Of a stretch of DNA of 64,000 bases, positions 40,180 through 52,539 are shown piece by piece. How positions within the stretch are numbered: position 1 is the stretch's first letter; the number at the start of each line of letters is the position of its first letter. The notes under the pieces were generated by a model that saw nothing but the letters and a program-made list of their open reading frames with translations, was not told the origin of the DNA and ran no database searches. The stretch comes from Lingula anatina. Its lineage: Eukaryota > Animalia > Brachiopoda. A program made the position numbers and the translations under genes. The stretch is taken from assembly GCA_051362555.1 (NCBI GenBank), contig CM120641.1, positions 32,990,401-33,054,400 of the forward strand, given 5' to 3'.

Positions 40180-40795
40180 AAAAAACTAGTTTTTTCCCAT
40201 TCCTGTGCCATTGTTATCCTTATCTACTGGCACTATTTTTTTTTCCTGTGGGAATTGAGGCCCAATTTTTTATATAAATGCATATAGCAAGCAAAACTAG
40301 ACAAAACCAAGATTTTTTCCATCCTTGTGCCATTATTGTCCTTATCTACTGGCACTATTTTATATTTGCTGAGGGAATTAAGGCCCAATTTTTTTATTCT
40401 TAAGAACACCTCACTCCCATCCCTGTAGCATAATACTTGCCGATTGCATTTATTTTGAGAATCAGATTTTATATAAATGTATAATGCAAGCAAAACTAGA
40501 CAAAACCAAGAATTTTCCCATTTCTGTGCCATCACCGGTGACATGTACCAGAAAGTCCACCATGACAGAGAGTCCGCTTCCCATTCATTTGTACAAGTGA
40601 GCCTCGCCCTAGATTTTGACCTACTTTAGTCAAACTAGCCCTAACTATATAGAGGACGGACTTTCACACGGACCCTCAGTTTCATGGCACCGGCCTTATC
40701 TACTGGTACTCCTTCATATTTGCTGTGGGAATTGCGGCCCAAAATTTTTATTTTTAAGACACCCCCCCCCCCCCCCCCCCCATTCCCGTAGCAAA
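40180..40795. repeat. Degenerate local tandem duplication (3-4 partial copies)
   Basis: Recurrent TGTGCCAT...CCTTATCTACTGG...GGGAATT(G/A)(A/C)GGCCCAA and GCAAGCAAAACTAGACAAAACCAAG blocks. Confidence 0.7.
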
Positions 40796-41666
40796 TGACA
40801 AAATTTAGTTATTACAAATATGCATACATTTATCATAAATATGTGTGGTAATAGGCTATTTTAATAATGTTAAGCGAAGATTAGAGGCAAATGACGAATA
40901 TTAAATATGTTACAAATATACTAACAATTATTACTGATTTGTGCTAGTGAAATTGTGATGCTGCAAAATAAAATTTGCAGCTTTGCTGAGCAGGTGCAAC
41001 ACTTGATAATACTTCCTTTCCGTTTAAGATTTAAGCAAGCCTGTATTTAATATGTATCGTGGTTTTGGAACACTGCCATTATATTATAACTGAAGATGTT
41101 CTCAGGAGTTGCCATACCATTAACACAATTCAATTCTCTTATAGATTGTTTCATGGTTGACTTAAATGTTTTAAGGTTGAAAGTAATAATTAATACAGAT
41201 TCGGTAAATGGTGATTGTAATATTGTTTGTGAGTTCCTGTTTTCATAGTTACTAGTAATTCACACTTAAATTGTAGAAGGAAGATTGTCACGGGACCCAT
41301 ATCTTAGTCTGGTGTTTTTTTTTTTTTTTTATCATTTTCTTTTAACTTTTGTTAAAATAATAACAACTTGTATAACATCACAATAACACACTGGCATCTT
41401 TGAAAATATGCATTGGGTGTATATCTAAGGATTATTCATGACTTAAACTATTTATATTTTACGAGAATTAATTGATGATTTAAACACTTATCATAAGCAG
41501 CTGAGATAAAATAGATGGAAAATGCAAAAGCTGATGAATGATAAGTATTAAAATGAAAAAAATATTTTTTGGATCCCTTTTCACTGATTTAAACTTATTC
41601 AACCATTTTGAAGACTTGCAGTTCCTACGTGTGTTAATAAAGGGAATCGGAGAAGACTGATTGTGC

Positions 41667-41780
41667 CCGGAAGTGACGTGTAGTGGTGTTAGAAGCGAAG
41701 CTGAGTGGTCATTTTAACCTGGAGGTGAACGGGAGAGAAGACGTGTAGTCGGAGGAAAAAGAAGTTTTCTAAACAACCTG
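41667..41780 (+). promoter_or_regulatory. CpG-rich promoter with a non-coding first exon (distal GHITM promoter or captured promoter)
   Basis: CCGGAAGTGACGTG (ETS+CRE composite) at 41667-41680 and a strong donor CTG|GTAAGA at 41780/41781. Confidence 0.5.
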
Positions 41781-43799
41781 GTAAGATAACTCTCTTTTTT
41801 TACGCATTTTGGCAGAGAATACTTGTAGAAATAAAAGATGCATGATATGAAAACGTGACACGGAACTTGAAGGTGCAAAATCGTGCTTAATTTGCGGTCA
41901 ACTTGTTTTGAAATAAATGCTGCATTGACCGCCAGCGCGACAAAGAGCGTTGAGGGAAAATAATTCCCGGGAGTCTATAAATCGTTGTCATGCGGAAATT
42001 TGGCATTAATTAGTCATAGAGTCATTAGGCTCATAGACTTCCAATATTAGATTGTCGACTGGGGGCGTTGCTGTCGCCACCATCCTGTCAGTTTGGACGC
42101 GGGGGTGTCGTGTGAGAGTGAGACACAGATTTCATTATTTGTATTGTATATACACCTACGTTTGAAATACATTCAGCGTTTTCATACCTTAACTTTTTTT
42201 TGTTTAAAAAGAAAAAAATCACACAATTACTTCGGAGGGAAGAATCAATGTTAGGCTATAATAGTTTTTGAAGGGAAACCACGCATGCCTCTCCCCTAAT
42301 TGTGATTGACAGTGTCCTTGCATCTTGTTGACATGATATCAACTTGAAGTTTACTAACCTGCCCCAGGCCGTCATTGAACGACCTTGTCCGCGTACACTG
42401 GAACACTTAACCACAATATACACTGATCCCCAATGCACTTTGAAGAAACTTTCATTTCATATCTTGTTTCACAGATGATGACAATAAAGATAAAGTGATA
42501 ATACATTTTTGCTATTAATATTTATGTGAACTTGTCCAGTTTTTTGGTTGCTTTGATTTTGCAAGGAGAAAGGATAACGAAAAGATAATATGCTTGGTGT
42601 GATTTTTAAATTAAAATGTTTTAGTTACTATTTATAATTGCTTAAATATTTTAACATTTCTTTGATTTGCTTGAAAGAAGATGGCATGCAGCGACCCATA
42701 GTTCCCCTATTCACAGTTCAGAACTGGCATGGTTTAAAAAAACTTTCGCGTGTGTGTTAGTGTGTGTGTGCGTGGGGGGGGGGGGGGAGGTAGGGAGGTA
42801 GGATGCCTCACATTTACCAAGAAGTTATAAAGAGTCTCATTATAACTTCTTGCATTTACCAACATCAAGTGGTGAGAGTATTAGCGAGGCAGAAAGTGTT
42901 TCAGACAGCACATCTGATTAATTATCTATTGTTTATTATACATTTTTTATTCTCATATTTATATATTTTGTATAAAATAACTCTTGCATTGCTTTCTATA
43001 CAAGGTCTTTATCACATACATTATCATATATGAAGTACTTTTTAGGTGATTTATTTTCATTGTCATACAGATTATTGGCCATTACTGTTATTATGTGTAC
43101 TATATTTTCATTTAGTTTTTACTTTTACCTTATCATTATTTTGGTACAATTTATACCTTGTTTATTGTATGGTTAATGGAAACATTCCAAATAGGTGTTT
43201 AGAGTGCTTTAACACATGATTTTTTTTTGTGTTACTGTAACAGCCTTTTGCTTTTAGCATTTTTTACTATTCTATAGGGCTTTGTACAAAATGTGTATTG
43301 GTTAACAATATAATTATTTAGACCAACAAATGCTGGTCTGTGAGAAAAGTTATATAAAATTAATAAATACGCTGATACAAGTTTTTCTAGTTACAAGACT
43401 TTTATACAGTTAAGTGAAATCAGTGATGGTTTCTGTGAGAAAATATTGTAATACACCACCCCTCCCTCTCTTCTCTAGGATTAAAAAAAACAAACAAACA
43501 AACAAAAAAAACAATTACTTTCCCATTTACTTGTGCCACATCACAATTATTTAACATATAACTCTTTTTTTCACCACAAGACAAGTTTCATTAGAAAAAA
43601 TTATTTATGCAATATATATGCTGAAAAAACTTGCTCTGATTCATATTAGACTGCATACAACAGGTAAATCTGGTTACCTCCACCCCCACATATTACTCAT
43701 TAAAAATACGATGCCTCAAACCAAATAATATTTTTTCACACAACAAATATATGCATAAACTTTATAATAGCAAATTATTTAAAAAATTTGACGATGGGC

Positions 43800-46012
43800 A
43801 CTTTGCCAATGGTTATCTGCACTCATCCTTAATTTTTTCACATATCGACATTTTCAAGGTGTGACTTTGAACTTCCATGGGTTTGAAGACCTTTGCTAGT
43901 CTGAATATCCATGATAATTTTATTTCATTATTAAAATTGATGGTCATTATGCATTATGTAATATTGCAACGAAAATGAAGAAACCTCTATTTTGGACACT
44001 GCTTTTAAAGTGACCATTAAAGAAAAACCATGTTACTTACTCTTCTTAAAACTTACAGGAAAGAAACACAGGTCTAAAATGCAGCCTGTGTTGGAAAAGC
44101 GATCTAATCTGTTTCTTTTTCTGTTGTACATGTTTGTGAAGTTATCTTTCATATATTGGCATTTTCAATGTGGGACTTGGAACTCCCATGGTCATGAAGC
44201 CCAGTGGTAATCAAATTTTCTAAATGACCACGTTATTAATAAAAATAAATGGTGGTAATTATAGTTAATCATTATGTAATATTGCATCAAAATTGACAAA
44301 AAGCCAATTTCGTGCACTGTCATCACAAACGTTATGATAAAAAGCAAACTGTGTTACTTATTTTTTTTTTAGCTTAAAAGAATGATTCTTAGGATTGACA
44401 TACAGCTCAAATAAGAAAACCAGCTGTATTGGATTATCATTTTTTATTGAATTAACGCAACTTTTTGTGAAATTCTCATTTTTCTCATTCTGGCATTTTC
44501 TAAGTATGAACTTGAACTCTCATGGGCCTGCTTTTACTTTCATCGGTATTACCTGTTTTGCATAATTTAAATTTGATGTTGACTTTGCAGTTAAGCGTAA
44601 TATATTATTGCATCAGAATTGACAGCATCCTATTTTGTGCATTATTACTTTGTGCTTTTCTTAAGATGTGACTTATGGGCCTGAAAGACCTTTGAGAGGG
44701 TCAGTCTGTAAATTTCCCTTGGGTATCACTAAGCTAAGTTTAGAGTTATAAAGTCATTTGCCTAATTATTAGGTTATTAAATGAGATTACATAAAGCACA
44801 GTTGTTGATATTTCCCTGTAAACTCCCAAAGATTAAGCCAGTCTGCTAGATTAATAATAAGGAAGCAGTGATAATTATGCAGGTAAATTTTGCAATATCT
44901 CTGGGTCCTCTCCTGTTATTGACCATGTTACCTGTTGTGCATGATTAAAATTCAGTGTTGACTGACAGTGCTATTATAAGCATTATTTATTATTGCATCA
45001 AAATTGACAAAATGACCTATTTTGCATCTTTATTTTCTGTTTTTTGTCTGTACATTTGACAGCTTTGCTGCCTTGTTCTTTATTGCTCCCTGAAAATAAG
45101 GTATATACACAATGCTGATGACATTGGATATGCAAAGTAAGGGGGGGGGTGAATAACTTGTCACTAATAATTTAAATTTATTCAGAAGTTGTATGGCTCT
45201 GTTTGAAAAGAATATTATCTGAGCAATCCTGTATTACAGATCTCAAAATAAAAAACCTGCAAAAATGGGCCTCTTGATTATTTTGAGGAATTACAGTAAC
45301 TGTATTTTGGGACAGAATTGATGGCAGCCATCTTGTATTTATAAAAATTGGATAGATTTGCCCTTATCAAAACATTGTTTGAATTCCTGGCTGTGAGTCT
45401 TTGATTAAATTTGATTATTGGAAGGTATTATCTCAAAATGTACTGATATCTTGATTTCAGTCGTTTGGTTTTCTGCTAAAATTGCTAAAGTTTGAGGCAC
45501 TTTTTCAATATCTTCTGTTGTGTTTAACACACTTTTTAAAATTTGTGTGATGAGACCAATATATGCTCAGGATCCCTATACAATTTTATGGCTGTCAACC
45601 CTGCAAAAAGAGAGATATGAATGCTTGAACATTGCTTGGTAGAAAAGTGAGTTTGGGGGGTGGGGTTATAAAAATGGGCGTGGCTCGTTAGTTTGTGGGT
45701 TACACTGAAATAAGTAACATATTCTCAATGGCAAATGGCTGGTTTAAATAGGTAAATTATCAATTTATTTTAAAAAGTCATCAGTTTTGACATATTTGCT
45801 TATGAAGTGGCTTTATTGACCGAAGCTGAAAATCAAGCCAAAAATGGCCAAAACATTTAATATTATAGTAAAATTATATCCAATGATTTCTTTTGGGATT
45901 GTTGCCTTCAATGTGAATATCTCCTATTGTATGCAACTATATTATGAATTTGGTTGAAATCTGTTGACCCCCACCTTGCCACCCTCTGACTGGTCTCATC
46001 ATGGACACACAC
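43800..46012 (-). mobile_element. Right (inverted) arm of the long repeat family at 23692-26003
   Basis: Ends in ...CCCCCACCTTGCC...TCATGGACACACAC|TTAA. It has reverse-complement homology to the left arm over ~2 kb; the inner boundary is approximate. Confidence 0.75.
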
Positions 46013-46177
46013 TTAATATAAAACATACAGCTTTAAGTTGTTACAGATTGCACATAAAACATACAGCTTTAGGTTGTTACAGACTGCACATATTAACTGA
46101 AAGAAGAACATCTGACCTGAGATGACACCTTACTACTTGCCATTTTGCAGCAAGTCCATTTCCTCAATGTCGTATTA

Positions 46178-46272
46178 TGCGCATGCGCAATCCCAATCAG
46201 GTAGCCAGCCTGAAAAGCTCGCTGTAAAATAATTTATATAATCCATAAACGCGTTGCAGAATACCTACAAAG
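46178..46272 (+). promoter_or_regulatory. GHITM: GHITM proximal promoter and non-coding exon 1
   Basis: NRF1 palindrome TGCGCATGCGCA (46178-46189), CCAAT (46193), donor AAG|GTAAGC at 46272, YY1-like CCGCCATT (46348), acceptor at 46504. NRF1 fits a nuclear-encoded mitochondrial gene. Confidence 0.65.
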
Positions 46273-46571
46273 GTAAGCTGTTCCGAAAAGATCTTTACCT
46301 TTCTTAATTTAATTGCTGCATTCGAAGTGTCTTAATGGTGAGTAAATCCGCCATTATTATTATAAATGGAGAGAAATAAGTGACATGCGTTGCATCATTG
46401 TAAAGCTGACTGGAGTGGAACATTCTAGATTTTCGTCATATATTTAAGCCCTCGGAAGACGTAAATAAGATGTAGGGAATCTGTTTGACTTTGAATATTT
46501 ACAGATAATTTAAACAACCGCGAAGGAAGCCTAAATCGACGGAAAGTTACCGAGAAAAGTAGCCAGGAAAG

Positions 46572-49500
46572 ATGTATGCGTCAAGGCTGACTAGAGTTCC
46601 CCTGACTGCATTTGTTACCACTCTGTCAAGACCCCCGGCGCTTGCCGCCCCAACCCGCCCAGGACTTTGGCAAAAATGTCGGGGGTACGCCAGGAAGCCA
46701 CAGAGTGTTGGTCTTGGAAAAGAAGGAGTGAAAAGGCCAACCCTTAAGGAAAGAGCAATGGCCCCAGCAGGAGACTCGGGTAAGTATGAAAGTTATGATA
46801 TTATATATATATCAGGACCCCCCTAACCCCTCTCCCCCCCCCTTCCCCCTCTAAATCCTTCACTGGATATCAGCATCTCCTTAATGTGACTCTTGTGACC
46901 ACTGGTGACAAAAAAACACCTAGTGATGACAGTGCAAATTGAAGATGTTGGACTGACATGGAAACGTGTTATAATATAATACTGTAATATTTAGTCTGTG
47001 AATATTTATAATAGAAAAAACAATATCAGTTACTACTACCAAACTGGTCACCCTGTTATACCAATAAATGTACCCAGTCTAATGATTTTTTAAGTTGTTT
47101 ATTCAAATGTGGATGTTAAAATGTGCCTGTACTAAGGGTTGGAAGGAGTTTTGAGTGTGGATTTATTTTTCCCCTTGTATAATGATTCTGTAATTATTTG
47201 TCCTAGAGTATTAGATAATAATAATAATAATAATAATTTATTAAGATTGCAACCCAGTGGGTTGAAGTTGTACATAGAAAGTTTAAAAAAAAAAATTATA
47301 ATGATAATAAAATGAATATTTGCATGAATAAAACTGAGTTAAAAGACTGCTAACTGAACTTAAAAATTATTGTACTTAGACTGCTAACTGAAATTTAAAA
47401 TTATTGTACTTAGGATAAAAGACAGCATAATACTATTGGAAATTTAAAAGTGCATATGGAATAAAAGAGCATCGGAATCTGTCGGTCTTAAATTTTGGCA
47501 TTTTGTATCTATTGTTAGATCTTAAAAGACGATTGGAATGCTCAATTAAGATGTGATTCAATTTGTCAGAGGATTCGGTTATTTTGTAAAAGAAAGTTTT
47601 GCACAGATCTTCCCTTCGTTTTTCTAAAGTGCACATATTTGCCAGGTTCAGGGCTTCATCATAGTGTAGGTCAGGGAAAATAATTTTTAAAGCACGACTT
47701 TGGACAGTCTCTAAAAGTTTGCATTGCTCTATAGTTAGTCCTGGATGCCATACAGGGCAGGCATATTCTAGAATTGAGCGCACAATACTTTGGTAAACTT
47801 GGATTAAGTCAGCAGGGCTGAGCTTAGCTCGCTTCAGTTGTCGGAGGAAATAGAGTCTTGCACATGCTTTTTTATATATATGATCCACATGAGTACCCCA
47901 TTTTAGGTCATTGCTAATATGGATGCCCAGAAGTTTGAACTGTGTAACTGTGTAAGATGGGATGATTGTATCAGGCATTTCAAAGCTTGATCACTGTGAT
48001 TCCATTTCAGCTTTTAATATTGGCAAGGGTTTGCTGGCAGGGTCTTCTGCTCTGGGAATTGGAGCACTATGTTACTATGGCTTGAATGGCGAAGATGGAG
48101 CACTAGACAGAGCAGGGTAAGTTTTCTTGTGAACTTGATTTTGTTTTACATTGACTGTGGTAAGCAAGATGGAGGAATTAAGGTAAGAAAGTTAAATTTA
48201 AGTTACTAGTATTATGATTGACTCAACATTCTACACCAAGATGATAAAGGATATATGCAAAAAATAAATAACGAAATATATTAATAAATTAATTTTTACC
48301 GTTGAATGTAAATTGAACTACAAATTGTTTCAGGTTTCCCATTTGTTCTAAATGCTTACATATATAATTGTCCATAGTAAATTATCTTCACAAATGGAGG
48401 AGGTTAAAGGAATAATAACTCTTCGTATGAGATCTATATTTCACAATAAAAACATTGTGAACAACTCATAGAAATAAGATATATTCTGTTTTACCACAAA
48501 AACAGCAGTTATAGGCTTATAGCTGTCATTCTGATATCTGAGCTTGTCTTTAGACCACGTGACCTCCATTGATGGCTATACTTTGTTATAATCTCTTAAG
48601 AGATAATAACAAAAAAACAAACTTTTTAGAAAAAAAAAAAAAAAAAAAAACAGGGACTAACTTTGAATGTAAAAATGGATTCATTAACCATTGATAAATA
48701 TGGGAAAAATGTTGTTAACTCCAGGAAAATTCATTTTTTGGCCAAAACAAAAGTTATTATCCCTTTAAGTTTGCATTGGAATTGGTGTGTCTCTAAGTTC
48801 TTCACAAATTATAATGCAATTTTCAAGATAGGTATATACTGTTTAAGGAAAGACATTATTACAATTTCAACCAAATAGGGTATAGTAATATTATTAAGAT
48901 AATTTTTGTTGTTTAAATTTTTCCATTTCAAAATAAAAAACCTGCAAAAATGGGCCTCTTGATTATTTTGAGGAATTACAGTAACTGTATTTTGGGACAG
49001 AATTGATGGCAGCCATCTTGTATTTATAAAAATTGGATAGATTTGCCCTTATCAAAGCATTGTTTGAATTCCTGGCTGTGAGTCTTTGATTAAATTTGAT
49101 TATTGGAAGGTATTATCTCAAAATGTACTGATATCTTGATTTCAGTCGTTTGGTTTTCTGCTAAAATTGCTAAAGTGTGAGGCACTTTTTCAATATCTCT
49201 CAATATCAATTTCAGTAGTTTGCTTTTCCTTGGCAAAGGTCTTTGTTCTTGGGTTCCTCTCTGGTTGTTGTTTTTTGGTTTATGAGAGAGCCATTGTCTA
49301 CATTTTCTATTTATTTTTTTAATTAGATTTTGGCCCCAGTATGTGAAGGATCGGATACATTCTACATACATGTACTTTGGAGGAAGTTTGGTACTGACTG
49401 CAGCATCTGCATCAGTAGTGTACAGAACCCCAGCACTGTTAAACCTAGTAACTAAAAATGGATGGATGGTAAGTACACAGCTTGGCTAAACTTTGGGTTG

Positions 49501-51186
49501 TGAACTCACTGCATGAGCTGAACATAGAAAACATAGTTGTCACTGTTGATTAGGAAACACATTTGGCATTTTTCTCATGTATATTTGCATTTATAAGTGT
49601 TTTTACTTTAAATTTTACTTTTTACTTTTTTCTTCACGGCAAGGATTTATTGATATACCACCCACTTTTATATCAGAATTCTCTCACCCATGTCTCTGAT
49701 CCTGCTGTGTATATTTCTGCAGAATTTTTATTCACATATAATTGTTAAAGGATCATTCATTTCGCACTTACCAGGCTCTTATTGCAACAATGGCTGCCAT
49801 GATAGGCTCGGGTATGGTGGCGCGCTCTATTCCATATAAGCCAGGTTTTGGAACAAAGCAACTGGCCTGGATGGCACACTGTGGTATCTTGGGGGCTGTG
49901 GTGGCGCCACTTGCTTTCCTGGGTGGACCGATTTTACTGCGAGCTGCCTGGTACACGGCTGGTATTGTGGGAGGTAGGTGTAGACATACACTGAGTGGTG
50001 TGTGTCATTCAACAACAATATAAGAAAGTGATTAAAGAGATTCATCAGCTTGGTGATGTATCACCGGTCAAGGGAAGGGTTTTGTCCATAAGTTTCTGAA
50101 GTCTGCAAACTTTTACATTTATCTTGGTTGACAAGTTGGTTTTCAGCTCACAAAAGACTTTGTCCAAAATTGAAATGTGTCAGGAAATATTGTAAGTGAG
50201 TGTCACAATTTTTGGTAATTTAGTTGGGTTTTATGTGTCGCCTATTGTGGTCATGTATGTTGAAACGTAAAGTCTCATTCAGTAAGTTTTGTATTTTCAG
50301 GTTTGTCCACCATAGCTCTTTGTGCACCCAGTGAGAAATTCTTGTACATGGGAGGCACCCTTGGAATGGGACTGGGAGCTGTCATTGTTGCCTCTTTAGG
50401 TGAGTGAACAGGGATCTTTTATCTTAATTTAAGGTATCACTGAAGTATAATCTAATTTATAGGTTTAATCTAGGTTTATTTAAGTATAATCTGTTGGTTT
50501 AATGATAAAATATGAGGGCTTACATTTCAAAGACTACCTTTACATTACTTGCTTGTTTTCTGTATTACCCAGGTTTAAATTGTCTTTTATTAGTTTCTTC
50601 ACCTAGCCGCACTGTTATATATATAACTTGAACATTGATTCTTCTTTGTAATCCAGGAGGCATGTTTTTCCCCCCTACTACTGCCTTGGGTGCAGGCCTT
50701 TACAGTATCTCCATGTATGGCGGACTAGTGGTGTTTGGCTTATTCATGCTCTATGATACACAGAAAATTATTAAAAATGCAGAGCACCATCCCATGGATG
50801 CTTACGCTATGGAGCCATTTGATCCTGTCAATAAGTGAGTATAGGTCAATGGTATTTCCATATAGTAAACTAAGAGGAGTGTCTTGTATTAATTTTTTCC
50901 TTCTTTTCTTGTGAAAGTTTTTTTTTATCGGTGTAAAAGAAACTTTCCAGAGGGATGTTAATGAACAAATAAATGTCACAAAAAGATATGTAACTTATAT
51001 ATTTTTATGGGCTCCTTCACAGATACAATCTTTAAAGTTTGTCATGTGTCGGTCTTTCAAGAATTATGATATACTTTTTTTTTTTTTTTTGCCCCCAGTG
51101 CCATTGGTGTATATTTGGACACAATCAACATCTTCATCAGGATTGCCATGCTGTTAGCAGGTGGTGGTGGAAAGAGAAAACGATAA
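46572..51186 (+). CDS. GHITM: Growth hormone-inducible transmembrane protein (TMBIM5/MICS1), 339 aa
   Basis: Exons 46572-46779, 48011-48116, 49327-49468, 49775-49973, 50301-50399, 50657-50834 and 51099-51186 total 1020 nt. The protein has a basic mitochondrial presequence and GALCYYGL, WPQYVKDRIHSTYMYF, KQLAWMAHCG...RAAWYTAGIVGGLS...APSEKFL, YDTQK, FDPVN..YLDTINIFIRIA..LAGGGGKRKR*. Confidence 0.96.
47216..47980 (-). mobile_element. 5'-truncated CR1/L2-group LINE (RT C-terminus, 3' UTR, (TAT)n tail) in a GHITM intron
   Basis: ORF 47433-47978: KLLGIHISNDLKWGTHVDHIYKKACARLYFLRQLKRAKL...RSILEYACPVWHPGLT...LETVQSRALKII...TDRFRCSFIP. The minus strand ends in AATAAATTATTATTATTATT. Confidence 0.9.
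48927..49198 (+). repeat. ~270-bp near-identical direct copy of 45243-45513
   Basis: TCAAAATAAAAAACCTGCAAAAATGGGCC...GAGGCACTTTTTCAATATCT is present at both sites with only a few mismatches. Confidence 0.9.
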
Positions 51187-52539
51187 GACTACAACTATAC
51201 ATTGTGACACCAGGTGGACTATAAAATATACTATCTCATTTACCATAGGATTTATTTGAGACATTTATTGAACTATTCAACACCGCCTTCCTATCTGGTG
51301 ACTTTATAAGTGATGTCTTCGTATTATATGAATTATTTTAGCCTGGGGTGACACATATCTCATTGTAGAAATGTACATATGATTGCCATTTGTCATTTTG
51401 ATTTTTCACAAAGAAATTTTTGTTTGTGGGGTTTATACTCTGTGTTACAGTGTAGAAATGTTTTGCTTGAGGATATTGCTTTGTTGTAAAGGGCAGTTTG
51501 AAGTAACTCCAATTAAATTCTAAGTATTCATTAATTTCATCATAACTTATGGCTGAAAAAGATGCATTTTGATAAAAGCAAACTGAGCTATATACCCAAT
51601 GTCAATACAGTATTTAGAAGATGAAGAAATAAATAAAAAGAAAAGCTGGTGTTGTTATCACAATTGTTATTTCTGTCAGAAAAATAAGGTTGACATAGTT
51701 TACAACGATTTTCTAGCACATTTTGTTTTTATGTAGGTAAAAGTGAGAAAGTAGTATTATCTAAATACAAGTGACTTGGTGAGGAATTTTTTGTTACAGT
51801 AAAAAATTTTAAAAGCAAGTATTGATAAGTTTGCTTAACTGTTAAGTTATTTTAGTTTTCTGCAACAATTAGTTACAACAAAGATGAAAGTTCGCATGAC
51901 ATTCAAACATTTTTCATTTTTTATTTTCAAAAGTGATACAAAAATGTGTTATGGCATAATTATAGTTCAATCAAATGAGAAAAAAGTAGAGGAACTTTGC
52001 AGTGATCTTTTGCGGGAAACTTCAATAATTCTGTTAATAATTAATACAAACATGCTTGAAAAAATTCTAAACAGAAATCTGGGACCTTTTCACATGCATC
52101 TTTCACTACTAGTGGAAAATTGGATTAAGATTAAACATACAGCACTTTGGAATACAGATTCATGCTTGTAAGTTCTCAGTATTGATAACCAGCAAAATTG
52201 TTTCTCTAATAAAAAAAATCCATCTGGTATATTCTGCTCTTGAAAATATTGTCTGTCATTAGTCCTTGCTATTAATGTAATAACCCACTAAATTCATACT
52301 TCACTGATTCATTACATATCCAAGAAATGATATTTTTGTCAGGATATGTGAAACAGAAAATTGCATCAAAATTCTGGAAGCAGAGTTGTGATTATAATGA
52401 GAAAGTATTTTTAATATTTGAAAATTATGAATCTTGCAAAAAGTGGAATGTGATGTCCAGATTTGTGGTAGTATAAATGTACATAACAGGTAAGTCTCAG
52501 GAAATTGTCCAAAACCATGAATGAATCTGTTTGAGTGGC

